Source: an uncultured Patescibacteria group bacterium
GTDB lineage: Bacteria; Patescibacteriota; Microgenomatia; UBA10105; UBA927
NCBI GenBank assembly: GCA_937921305.1
Contig: CAKZSU010000005.1
Span: 10,740 to 74,739 of the forward strand
Direction: 5' to 3'
Length of the DNA: 64,000 nt
The notes beneath the pieces are model-generated. The model made no database searches. It worked only from the letters and a program-made list of their open reading frames with translations, and was not told where the DNA came from. The position numbers and the translations under genes are program-made. This document shows positions 41,185 through 50,769 of this stretch, piece after piece. The number at the start of each line of letters is the position of its first letter. Position 1 is the stretch's first letter.

Positions 41185-42396
41185 TTAGGATGATAAGAGG
41201 GAATTTAACGCGTTGACGAATCGTTCAATGTCTTCCATCGTATTGTACACATGCATGCTTACGCGGATTGTATCTTCTGTAGGATTCGCAAGGCAGTGGG
41301 TCCCAGTTCGGACATAAATTCTTTGCTCTCCGAGAAGAAATCCTGCTTCTGTTGATGGAAGAGAGCGGAGACGAAACGATACGATACCATATCCGTCATA
41401 ACATGACCAATACGCCGGACCGTACGCAAATTCGACATCCGGTATCTCTCGAAGCCGTTTCACGAGTTCTTGTGTAAGGAACGCGAGATGTCGATGAATT
41501 GTTTCTAACCCAATTGATTCAAGAAAGGATATCGCCGACCCGAGAGAGAGGATTCCTGCGTAGTGTTGCGTTCCAGATTCAAACGCGCGCGTATAGTGAT
41601 TGAGATGCATAGTGTTGTCCGCCAGCGTTGCTCCATCGCCTCCTCCAATCCATACAGGAGGGAGAATATCATGAAGTCGTTTTTCGATGTATGTCACGCC
41701 CACTCCTTGAGACGCGAACATTTTGTGCCCTGAAAAAGAAAGAATATCGCATCCAAGTGCCTGCACATCGACTGGCATATGTCCAATGCTTTGCGTTGCG
41801 TCCACAGTAAGGATAACTTTGTTTGGCAGGTGATTTTTTATATCTCGAATGTCATTGTCTGATCCATACATATTATGGATATGTGTAATATTTACAACTT
41901 TTGTTTTGTTGGTTATTTTTTTGTATAAGTCATCTCGATCAATGCTCCCTGTTTTTTTTACACGGAGCGGAATAAGATGAATAGTTTTTCCTAATTGTTG
42001 CAGTATTTGTTGCATGGATATCCACGGAAGCACAAATGATTGATGATCTTGCGAGCAATAGAGAACTTCGTCTCCATCTTCAAGATAAAAGAAGCTGATG
42101 CTGGATGTGATTTTATTAAAGCTATCTGTCGCGCCGAATGTAAAAAAAATTTCTTCTACATTTTTCGCATTGAGGAACACTTGTGTTTGTTTTCTTACAT
42201 GTTCGATTTCGTTTGTTAAATTTCTTGCAAGCGGGTAGGAACCTCTTCCCGCGTTTGCATTGTGGGTTTTGTAAAAATTGGCGATTGAATCAATAACCCC
42301 ATTGGGTTTTTGAGTGGTCGCCGCGTTATCGAGATAGACAATATCCGGATGCGCTGAAAAAAATGGAAATTGACTGCGAATATCGTGCGGATTCAT
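41185..42396 (-). CDS. SufS-type (class II) cysteine desulfurase
   Basis: YLDNAATTQKP, DATQ, SGHK, RTGTHC. Confidence 0.92.
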   Translation of the reverse strand: MNPHDIRSQFPFFSAHPDIVYLDNAATTQKPNGVIDSIANFYKTHNANAGRGSYPLARNLTNEIEHVRKQTQVFLNAKNVEEIFFTFGATDSFNKITSSISFFYLEDGDEVLYCSQDHQSFVLPWISMQQILQQLGKTIHLIPLRVKKTGSIDRDDLYKKITNKTKVVNITHIHNMYGSDNDIRDIKNHLPNKVILTVDATQSIGHMPVDVQALGCDILSFSGHKMFASQGVGVTYIEKRLHDILPPVWIGGGDGATLADNTMHLNHYTRAFESGTQHYAGILSLGSAISFLESIGLETIHRHLAFLTQELVKRLREIPDVEFAYGPAYWSCYDGYGIVSFRLRSLPSTEAGFLLGEQRIYVRTGTHCLANPTEDTIRVSMHVYNTMEDIERFVNALNSLLSS

Positions 42397-43694
42397 AAAT
42401 CTCGTTCAAGCGGAAGTCCGTGATCCTTCCACGCGGTAATCCCTCCTTCCAAGCTGTAGGCATTGAGATGGTTTTCTTTGTGAAGATAACTTGCAAGAAG
42501 TATTGATGTTTCTCCAATTGGACAGACAAACAAAAGAGGATGGCTAACGCAGAATGGATTAGTCACAGATAACATATCATCAAGCGTGTTCATAGGAAGG
42601 TTAAGCGAATTGGGAATGTGCCCAAGTTTGTATGAGATGGGTTGACGGGTATCAATAATGAGTGGATGATGGGTGTCAATCCACGATGACACATTGGTGA
42701 TTGCTATGATTCGTTCTGGCAATGGTTTTGCGTGTTCTTTCCATGAGAATCGTTTTGTTTTTCCAAACCATTCCGGCTTTCGTTCTTTAATATAAGAAAG
42801 ATACCATTCAATTCTATCGCACGCGATGAATACTGCAGTTTTATCATGGTCAAATGATTCTTTATGGTTTCGTAAATAGGAAAGGACTGCGTGGAAGGAC
42901 GCGCCGGTTGTCGGTCCGGCGAGTAATCCTTCATGCTTTACAAGCGTCATCATTGCTTCGAGCGCTTCATGAGATGAAACTTCAAGAAGTTCGTCATAAA
43001 ATGACGGTTGAAATAATCCAACCTCAAGCACTTCGTCGCTGTTGCGAATGCCGGGAATATAATCGTCTTTTTTTGCGACGATCCCAATTGTTTTCATTTC
43101 AGGATTTGATTCCTTTAATCGTTGGGCGATGCCAAGCGTTGATCCTGTTGTCCCAAGCCCTCCAAAGAAATAATCTACTTTTCCAAGATCATTGAGTATT
43201 TCTTGTCCTGTGGTTTCATAATGGATGTCTCGATTTGCGCTATTTCTATATTGATCGCTATAGAGATATGACGATTCTCGTTCTGTGAGTTCCTTTTGAA
43301 TATAAAAAAATGGATCGTTTGGATCATTTGGATCGAAACAGTCGCTTTTTCCAGGTAGTTCTTGTATGTCAATACCAAGAAGTGTCAGTATATCTTTGAC
43401 CTCTGAAACTTTAATACGGTTTGTGATAGTTCGTAATTTTGATCCATGAAGTAGTGCAATCATATGGAGCGCTTTTGCCATGTTTCCGCTTGAACTTTCA
43501 ATAACTGTTTTTTGGGGAAGTTCGTCGAGGTGGTGTTTCAAAATGCCCCATGCACTCCGATCTTTCACCGATCCCCACGGATTAAATAGTTCTAATTTGA
43601 CATACAGAGAAACACGAGGGATGCCATGGGTTTGTTCTGAAATTTTTAGTAGCGGCGTGTTGCCGATTAAATCAAGGATTGTTTTTGCGATCAT
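42393..43694 (-). CDS. Cysteine synthase-family PLP enzyme fused to a C-terminal rhodanese
   Basis: GNTPL, NPWGSVKDR, ESSSGN, GTTGS; DTR..GHIP, CPIGETS, LEGGITAW. Confidence 0.9.
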   Translation of the reverse strand: MIAKTILDLIGNTPLLKISEQTHGIPRVSLYVKLELFNPWGSVKDRSAWGILKHHLDELPQKTVIESSSGNMAKALHMIALLHGSKLRTITNRIKVSEVKDILTLLGIDIQELPGKSDCFDPNDPNDPFFYIQKELTERESSYLYSDQYRNSANRDIHYETTGQEILNDLGKVDYFFGGLGTTGSTLGIAQRLKESNPEMKTIGIVAKKDDYIPGIRNSDEVLEVGLFQPSFYDELLEVSSHEALEAMMTLVKHEGLLAGPTTGASFHAVLSYLRNHKESFDHDKTAVFIACDRIEWYLSYIKERKPEWFGKTKRFSWKEHAKPLPERIIAITNVSSWIDTHHPLIIDTRQPISYKLGHIPNSLNLPMNTLDDMLSVTNPFCVSHPLLFVCPIGETSILLASYLHKENHLNAYSLEGGITAWKDHGLPLERDL

Positions 43695-45133
43695 ATACTC
43701 TCCTGAAGTTCGCTTGGTTGATATCGTTCATCGAGATACCATCCGTGTTTGCCGATAGCGAGTTTTTTTGCCACGGGATGGGAAATCGTTTCGCTTTCCG
43801 CAAAATCCATAAAGTATCCGGCGGTATTTATAAACGCGAGTATATCGCCAATTCCAATAGGAGTTTTGAGAAACACTTTTCGTCGACAAATAAAATCGTG
43901 TGGAAGACAGAGATTTCCGCTGAGATATACGCCATTCGTTGTTTGATCGTTGGGGGTAGGACTTTGTTTTGGGATAACGATTGGATCCGCCATGAATTCT
44001 AGTTCTCCTGCATTCATGTTGCTTTTATTCATATCAAGAAATACAACCCATTCGTTCTTCGCAGATTGATGGATAGAGATAATTTTTGCCACCGTTGCTC
44101 CCGTTTGATCAAGAAGCGATCGTCCAGGTTCAAGAAATAGAGTGAGCATTGTTTCAGAAAGAAAGTCTCGAAATATACCAAATTCTCCAATAGTTTCGGT
44201 AAGAATTGATGCTAATTCTTGAAATTGATTGATTGGGCGATAAAAATCTTGAAACGCTCCGTCTCCTCGAATTTTTCCTTGTTCTGCCCAAAATCCGAGC
44301 CCTGAATCGTTCCATGACATTTTCGGATGATGCGGGTCAAGAAGCGATGATTTTATCGCTGATATATACGCGTGCCATTCTTCTTTGTTTTGTAAAAAGG
44401 TGTTACTGAACCCGCCACCTATATTGATTCCTTCTGGGGATAATCCTTCTTTGAGAGCATCTATCGTCCATCGCAGTGCGTGTTCTATCGCGCGAAGTTT
44501 TTCTGTTTTGCTTGTTGTTGTGATATGAAACGAGAAGCCGCGAAAGATATACGTTTTTCGTTCTTTTAAGAACCCTAACGCATGTCCTAATTCTTGATCG
44601 TCTAACCCAAATTTTTGATCTTTTTCGACGACTTGTTGGGATGATGCATGAAATGTTTTCATTCGAAGGAAGAGAGGCGTTGAAATTTTTATACCAAGCG
44701 CGCGTTTCATTCTTTCTATTTGCATCAATTCATCAAGACTATTGATGTTGATCGTTGCATTGTGAAGGAGGCATACTCGAAGAAATGAGGTATTTTTTGG
44801 ACCTGTGGCTTCAATGCGGTTGCCGGAAAAGCCGGCAGATAGCGAGTGTGACAACTCTTCTTCTGATGCTACATCTACGTGTATTGGTTTTGTGGCAAGT
44901 TCTGTAAGGATTGCTTTTGATTTGTTTGCTTTGTGGGCGTAAAAGATTGCTCCTTGCACGCGATGCTTTTTGAGCACATCAAAAAATCGCGTTGCGTTTT
45001 CCCATGCAACCTCTGGAAAGATGAGATTCAGCGGAGATCCAAACGCGTCAAGCCATGCATGCATTTGTTGTGTGTCAGCAAGCGTTTTTTGAATATGATA
45101 TCCGATAATCGGCGTCAGATGGAATGATGACAT
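43691..45133 (-). CDS. Fold-type III PLP decarboxylase (Orn/DAP/Arg family, Y4yA-like)
   Basis: YAHKAN, DVAS, KFG, NIGGGF, EPGRS, GNLCL.HD, NTAGY. Confidence 0.88.
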   Translation of the reverse strand: MSSFHLTPIIGYHIQKTLADTQQMHAWLDAFGSPLNLIFPEVAWENATRFFDVLKKHRVQGAIFYAHKANKSKAILTELATKPIHVDVASEEELSHSLSAGFSGNRIEATGPKNTSFLRVCLLHNATININSLDELMQIERMKRALGIKISTPLFLRMKTFHASSQQVVEKDQKFGLDDQELGHALGFLKERKTYIFRGFSFHITTTSKTEKLRAIEHALRWTIDALKEGLSPEGINIGGGFSNTFLQNKEEWHAYISAIKSSLLDPHHPKMSWNDSGLGFWAEQGKIRGDGAFQDFYRPINQFQELASILTETIGEFGIFRDFLSETMLTLFLEPGRSLLDQTGATVAKIISIHQSAKNEWVVFLDMNKSNMNAGELEFMADPIVIPKQSPTPNDQTTNGVYLSGNLCLPHDFICRRKVFLKTPIGIGDILAFINTAGYFMDFAESETISHPVAKKLAIGKHGWYLDERYQPSELQESI

Positions 45134-45139
45134 AAAGAT

Positions 45140-46090
45140 TTAGAAATGAAATGTTGGGTCAATTTGGTGGGATAAATCGCCTGACGCGAGTTTTACATAG
45201 TCTTGTTGGATATATGCTCGGTGGAGATCGTACAATCGTTTCAATCGATCGTTTGGATCTTGTCGCAATGCTCGAGCTTTTTTCTCGATTGTTGAAAAGA
45301 TCGTTATGTCAATGTCATTCAGAATTTTTTCCGTCAACGGTAATCCTTGTTGTCGTTGAATTTTTATGCTTCGATATTTGGGAATGCCGCCGATAAAAAT
45401 ATCATCTGGAATATTCGTCTTGAGAAATGCTTCATCGTGTTCATCTTCTATCTTGTTTCCAACAACAACGAGACGATTTGAAACATCCGCGTGTTGGGCG
45501 AGTCGATAATATTGCGTAAACACATCGACGCTTTCTTTTGTTGGTTCGACAACAAGGACAAGAAGATCAAATTGCGCGTGGAGCGTATTGGAGAACGCGT
45601 CGATGCCGGCGACCATATCCGAGATGATCCATTCGTTTTCGTTAAGGCGAGCGAAGGAGAGAAGATTTTCAAAAATCGCGAGGTTTGTATGGTAACAACT
45701 TCTGCCAATTTCTTCTTCTTCGTACGTTCCGACAATTGCAAGGTATGCTGATGGGCGATACGCAACACAATATTGTTGAATAATGGGATTTTTCTCATCA
45801 AGCATTACAAATGCAACGCCTTTTGACGGAGGAGTGGTTTTGTAGAAATGATCTATGCTTCGTATGTGTTTGCTCGTTCCTTTCAGATACTTACGGATCG
45901 CGCGAGTGTTTTTTGGATCAGAGAGCGCGCGTTCTTTTGGAAATTCAATGCCTAAGAGATTTGGAATATGGATATTTAGATCAGCATCTATGCACAAGAC
46001 GGGCGATTTATGCTTTACAAGATATAAAAAGAACAGGGTTGTTGCAGTGCTTTTTCCTGATCCTCCTTTTCCAACAAATGCAACTCTCAT
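45140..46090 (-). CDS. CooC-like P-loop (SIMIBI) ATPase
   Basis: MRVAFVGKGGSGKST, IDAD.N, SCYH, DMVAG, VVEPT, GNKI. Confidence 0.88.
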   Translation of the reverse strand: MRVAFVGKGGSGKSTATTLFFLYLVKHKSPVLCIDADLNIHIPNLLGIEFPKERALSDPKNTRAIRKYLKGTSKHIRSIDHFYKTTPPSKGVAFVMLDEKNPIIQQYCVAYRPSAYLAIVGTYEEEEIGRSCYHTNLAIFENLLSFARLNENEWIISDMVAGIDAFSNTLHAQFDLLVLVVEPTKESVDVFTQYYRLAQHADVSNRLVVVGNKIEDEHDEAFLKTNIPDDIFIGGIPKYRSIKIQRQQGLPLTEKILNDIDITIFSTIEKKARALRQDPNDRLKRLYDLHRAYIQQDYVKLASGDLSHQIDPTFHF

Positions 46091-46096
46091 AAAGGT

Positions 46097-46126
46097 ATTA
46101 TAATGCAACTCATTTGCATTAAGCAA
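46097..46126 (-). promoter_or_regulatory. Promoter with overlapping palindromic operator
   Basis: TTGCTT-N18-TATAAT 6 nt before ATG; TAATGCAA-N5-TTGCATTA at 46101-46121. Confidence 0.65.
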
Positions 46127-46253
46127 CATATTATTTACAAGACTTCTATTTTTATAGAAGAGCATCATGATAAAGATTATTAATGGTGTCGAAATTTTTT
46201 CTGAAAAAATTTAATGTCTTGATGCTTTCAAAAAAATTTAAGATCATCATATT

Positions 46254-46913
46254 ATGAATCAACGAGGGTATCTTCTAGTATTCGAAGGATCAGATGGTTC
46301 AGGGAAGGCAACACAATCGAGACTTCTCGCCGAATATTGCGAGCGACATAGAATTCCCTATGAATATGTTGATTTTCCAAACTACGAAGACTTTTTTGGT
46401 TCTATGTGTAAGCAGATGCTCTATGGGGCATATGGAGATGTTTCTACAATTTCTCCCTATCTTGCGTCGTTGCCATATGCGCTTGATCGGTGGAAAGCAA
46501 AAGAGCGAATACAGAATGCGTTGTTCAAAAAAAAGATTGTGATTGCGAATCGGTATGTTCCATCAAACGCGGTGTATCAAAGTGTAAAAATTCCCGAGCG
46601 GGAACGAGAGGTGTTTCTTGATTGGGTCATGCGGCTTGAGTACGAGGAATTCGGTATTCCTCGAGAAGATCTAGTTCTGTACCTTCATGTTCCCGTTGCC
46701 GTGTCGCAACAATTGATGCAAGGAAAAGAAAAAGATGAGCACGAAAAAAACATTGCGTTGCTTGAAGCGACAGAAGAAATGTACAAAATCCTCTACAATC
46801 GGTATCAGCATTGGATCTATCTTGAATGCGTTGCCGATCATGATATACTCAGAAAAGATGATATTCACGCTCGCGTTCTTTCAGCGTTGAGAGTGAAAGG
46901 AATACTTTCATGA
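46254..46913 (+). CDS. tmk: Thymidylate kinase
   Basis: FEGSDGSGKATQ, YALDR, NRYVPSN. Confidence 0.92.
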   Translation: MNQRGYLLVFEGSDGSGKATQSRLLAEYCERHRIPYEYVDFPNYEDFFGSMCKQMLYGAYGDVSTISPYLASLPYALDRWKAKERIQNALFKKKIVIANRYVPSNAVYQSVKIPEREREVFLDWVMRLEYEEFGIPREDLVLYLHVPVAVSQQLMQGKEKDEHEKNIALLEATEEMYKILYNRYQHWIYLECVADHDILRKDDIHARVLSALRVKGILS

Positions 46914-46999
46914 CATAACAACGCTTCAGACACCGCTATATACTTTTTCTTTTATTTCCTGTATTCTTTCTATTTTTTTATTGAGAGGAGGATTAATCC

Positions 47000-48328
47000 A
47001 TGAACACAAACCAAATATTGCAAGATAAAACGATGGCGGCGCTTCTTGAACAAGAAGCTCGTCGACAACAAGAAGGATTGGAGCTTATTCCATCAGAAAA
47101 TTATGCATCTTCCGCTGTTCGATCTGTAATGAGTTCTGTATTGATGAATAAGTATTCAGAAGGATATCCAAAAAAACGATACTATGGAGGCAATGAAGTG
47201 GTCGATGAAGTTGAAAAATTAGCTCAAGATCGAGCGAAGGAGTTGTTTGGCGTTCCGCATGTTAATGTTCAGCCGTATTCTGGTTCGCCGGCAAATCTTG
47301 CGGTGTATCTTGCGTGTTGTCGTCCGGGCGATACGGTGATGGGGCTGGATTTGACGCATGGCGGTCATTTGACGCATGGATGGAAAGTGTCGGCAACAGG
47401 AATATTTTTCCATGCTATTTCGTATCATGTGAAATCGGATGGAAGGATTGACATGAATGAAGTTCGACGTCTCGCGGAAGCGTATAAGCCGAAGCTTATT
47501 TGGTGTGGCGCAACGGCATATCCGTTTCAAGTTGATTTTGAAGCGTTTGGAGAAATAGCCGATGCGGTCGGCGCGTATCTTGCTGCTGATATCGCGCACA
47601 TTGCTGGGCTTGTTGTTGGGGGCGTTCATCCTAGTCCTGTGCCGCATGTTCATATTGTGACGACAACAACCCATAAGACATTGCGAGGTCCTCGTGGTGG
47701 AATGATTCTGGTTACAGAAAAAGGAATAAATAAAGATCCTGAATTGCCAGAAAAGATCGATCGCGCAGTGTTTCCGGGACTGCAAGGTGGACCGCATGAT
47801 CATCAAACCGGAGCCATCGCGCTTGCCTTGTATGAAGCGTCTCTTCCGTCATTTCGGGACTACGCAAAACAAATTGTGAGGAATAGCAAGGTGTTGGCGG
47901 AAACCCTAATTCGTCGAGGATTTTCATTGGTTGGCAACGGATCAGAAAATCATCTCATGTTGGTTGACCTTACCCCTGTATTTGGTTCGGGAGGAGGAGT
48001 GTTTGCGCAGATGGTGCTTGACGCCGTGAATATCACAGTGAATAAAAATACGATTCCCGGCGAACCGATGAACGCGTTTTATCCGTCAGGAATTCGACTT
48101 GGAACGCCGGCGGCCACAACGAGAGGAATGAAAGAAGCTGATATGGAGCGAGTGGGACAATGGATCGCCGATGTCTTGGCAGAATTTCGATCGTTTCGTC
48201 TTCCCGAAGAAAAAGATAAGCGCAAATCGTATATAGAAGAAGCAAAAACAGTGATTGGGAGTCATCCAACAATAACGCGCGTTCGCGAAGATGTCAAAGC
48301 ATTCTGTCTGAAATTTCCTATTCCATAG
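47000..48328 (+). CDS. glyA: Serine hydroxymethyltransferase
   Basis: LIPSENY, EGYPKKRYYGG, TTTTHKTLRGPRGG. Confidence 0.99.
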   Translation: MNTNQILQDKTMAALLEQEARRQQEGLELIPSENYASSAVRSVMSSVLMNKYSEGYPKKRYYGGNEVVDEVEKLAQDRAKELFGVPHVNVQPYSGSPANLAVYLACCRPGDTVMGLDLTHGGHLTHGWKVSATGIFFHAISYHVKSDGRIDMNEVRRLAEAYKPKLIWCGATAYPFQVDFEAFGEIADAVGAYLAADIAHIAGLVVGGVHPSPVPHVHIVTTTTHKTLRGPRGGMILVTEKGINKDPELPEKIDRAVFPGLQGGPHDHQTGAIALALYEASLPSFRDYAKQIVRNSKVLAETLIRRGFSLVGNGSENHLMLVDLTPVFGSGGGVFAQMVLDAVNITVNKNTIPGEPMNAFYPSGIRLGTPAATTRGMKEADMERVGQWIADVLAEFRSFRLPEEKDKRKSYIEEAKTVIGSHPTITRVREDVKAFCLKFPIP

Positions 48329-48368
48329 TTGTTTTTTTGTTCAATCATGTGATATGATGTATGGCATT

Positions 48369-48665
48369 ATGCGACAGTACGAGTTGATGGTTGTTGCGAA
48401 AAACGATATACCGAGAGAGGACGAAAAACAACGAATAAAGATTGTTGAATCGTTGCTTTCCGGTCAAGACTACGAAGATTTGACGGTTCAAGATTTCGGA
48501 AAGAGGAATCTTGCATATCCAATAAAAAAGCAAACAGAGGCGTGTTATTTGTTGGCAAGATTTAAGGCAAAACGGATTGATATTGCGAAAATCGAACAAC
48601 GGGCGAAAATGTCTGATGTTGTACTGCGGTATTTGCTTGTTGTGGCGGAAGAGAAGAAAAAGTAG
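48369..48665 (+). CDS. rpsF: 30S ribosomal protein S6
   Basis: MRQYELM, GKRNLAYPIKK, VLRYL. Confidence 0.95.
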   Translation: MRQYELMVVAKNDIPREDEKQRIKIVESLLSGQDYEDLTVQDFGKRNLAYPIKKQTEACYLLARFKAKRIDIAKIEQRAKMSDVVLRYLLVVAEEKKK

Positions 48666-48696
48666 TATGGTATATTGAAGAAAGGAAGAGTAGAGT

Positions 48697-49200
48697 ATGT
48701 CATCAAGAAGTTTGAATAAAGTTTTGTTAATAGGAAATTTAACGCGAGATCCAGAGTTGCGATATACACCGACAGGCGCTGCGGTATGTACGCTTGGTTT
48801 AGCGACAAATCGATCATGGACAACGGAGGCTGGAGAAAAACGAGAAGAAGTAGAATATCATCGATTAGTTGCGTGGGGGAAGCTAGCAGAATTATGTAGT
48901 CAATTATTGACAAAAGGAAGAAAAATTTATGTCGAGGGGAGGATTCAAACAAGAAAATGGACAGGACAAGACGGACAAGAGCGATCGATGGTCGAAATTG
49001 TCATGGATGACATGATGATTCTTGATTCTCGAAAAACTATTGATGAAGGCAGAGATCAAAGTGGATCGTATGAATCGATACCATCTTCTTCTCAACAGCA
49101 AGGCATGTCTTCATCGCAACAATCACAACCCGACATGCCGTCAACTGGGCAATCATCTGGAATGAAGGAAGATGTGCCTGTTGATGATATACCATTTTAA
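48697..49200 (+). CDS. ssb: Single-stranded DNA-binding protein
   Basis: [23 protein letters not shown] tail. Confidence 0.99.
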   Translation: MSSRSLNKVLLIGNLTRDPELRYTPTGAAVCTLGLATNRSWTTEAGEKREEVEYHRLVAWGKLAELCSQLLTKGRKIYVEGRIQTRKWTGQDGQERSMVEIVMDDMMILDSRKTIDEGRDQSGSYESIPSSSQQQGMSSSQQSQPDMPSTGQSSGMKEDVPVDDIPF

Positions 49201-49205
49201 GACAT

Positions 49206-49436
49206 ATGAAAAAGCATTCAGCAAAAAAAACAGTGATTTCTCGTTCAAGCAACGCGTCGATTGACGAGCAGCTTGATTACAAAAATGTAGAGTTTCTTTC
49301 ACAGTTTGTCTCAGAACGAGGGAAAATCCTTCCAAAAACAAAAACAGGGCTTTCAAGCAAGCAACAACGAAAACTTGCGATCGCGATTAAACGCGCGCGA
49401 TTCATTGGCCTTCTTCCATTTATCGTTCGCATATAA
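49206..49436 (+). CDS. rpsR: 30S ribosomal protein S18 (no Zn-binding Cys)
   Basis: DYKN, ERGKILP, AIKRAR..GLLP. Confidence 0.97.
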   Translation: MKKHSAKKTVISRSSNASIDEQLDYKNVEFLSQFVSERGKILPKTKTGLSSKQQRKLAIAIKRARFIGLLPFIVRI

Positions 49437-49448
49437 TACACTAAAGGA

Positions 49449-50747
49449 ATGATGTCTTTCTTGTCTCGGATTCGATTTTTTATCATTATTGTTTCTATTG
49501 TCATTCTTTCTATTGGTATCGGCTATAGGTTGGGCGAGCGGAACGCTCTTCCGATATTTTCATCAAAACAGGGCACATCTTCTAAAAGCAATGCGGTTAT
49601 AAACATAACGACGCCAAGTTCTGTTGGTGTTGATTTCTCGTTGTTCTGGGATGTTTGGCAAAAAATGTTCCGCTATTTTATCGACGCGCAGAAATTGGAC
49701 ACACAACAGATGGTGTATGGAGCGATAAGCGGCATGGTGGCCTCTGCAGGAGATCCATACACGACATTTCTTCCGCCAAAAGAAAACAAAGATTTTAAGC
49801 AAGACATCGGCGGGCAATTTGAAGGCATTGGTGCGCAGCTTGACTTGAAAGATGGAAAGATTATTGTGACAGCGCCGCTCAAGGGGAGTCCGGCTGAGGC
49901 TGCCGGTATTAAGCCAAATGACTATATTATGAAAGTTGACGGCGCTGATACGACAGGATGGACCATTCAAGAAGCGGTGTCAAAAATTCGAGGACCAAAA
50001 GGAACGACAGTTGTCTTAACCATCTTGCATCAAGGTAGCGACAAGCCTGTCGAAATCCGCGTTGTTCGCGACACGATTTTAGTTCCATCTGTTGAGTATT
50101 GGGTAAAGAATATTTCAGAGATTGAAGCGATCAAAGAAGCTTCTCAAAGCGCCACCATTTCTTCATCGCAGAAACGAGTCGCGTACCTCAAATTGTCTCG
50201 TTTTGGCGATCATACCAATGATGATTGGAATAAAGCGGTTACCGCTATTCTAGCTGAACATAAGCGAGACCCGATTCTCGGCGTAATTCTTGATCTTCGG
50301 AATAATCCGGGAGGATATTTAGACGGGTCGGTGTATATCGCGAGCGAGTTTATTGAATCTGGAACCGTTGTGTCGCAAAAGAATAGCGACGGCACTGTAC
50401 AACATCTTCGCGTCAATAGGAAAGGGAATATGCTTGATTTGCCTCTTATGGTGATTATTAATAAGGGTAGCGCGTCCGCGTCGGAAATTCTCGCCGGCGC
50501 GTTGCGAGATTACAAACGCGCTATGATTGTTGGGGAAACATCGTTTGGTAAAGGATCGGTGCAGACGCCGTATGAATTGGAAGGCGGAGCGAGTGTTCAT
50601 ATCACAACGGGCAAGTGGTTGCTTCCCAAAGGAGACTCGATTAGCGAAAAAGGCATAACGCCGGATATTCAAGTTTCGTATGACTATAGCAATCCAAATG
50701 CTGACACACAGCTTGCAAAAGCGATTGAATTCCTTCTGAAGAAGTAG
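49449..50747 (+). CDS. ctpA: Carboxy-terminal processing protease (S41)
   Basis: DPYT, PDZ domain, DLRNNPGG, SASASE, GKGSVQ. Confidence 0.95.
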   Translation: MMSFLSRIRFFIIIVSIVILSIGIGYRLGERNALPIFSSKQGTSSKSNAVINITTPSSVGVDFSLFWDVWQKMFRYFIDAQKLDTQQMVYGAISGMVASAGDPYTTFLPPKENKDFKQDIGGQFEGIGAQLDLKDGKIIVTAPLKGSPAEAAGIKPNDYIMKVDGADTTGWTIQEAVSKIRGPKGTTVVLTILHQGSDKPVEIRVVRDTILVPSVEYWVKNISEIEAIKEASQSATISSSQKRVAYLKLSRFGDHTNDDWNKAVTAILAEHKRDPILGVILDLRNNPGGYLDGSVYIASEFIESGTVVSQKNSDGTVQHLRVNRKGNMLDLPLMVIINKGSASASEILAGALRDYKRAMIVGETSFGKGSVQTPYELEGGASVHITTGKWLLPKGDSISEKGITPDIQVSYDYSNPNADTQLAKAIEFLLKK

Positions 50748-50769
50748 TAGTATCAATATTGTCAACATA

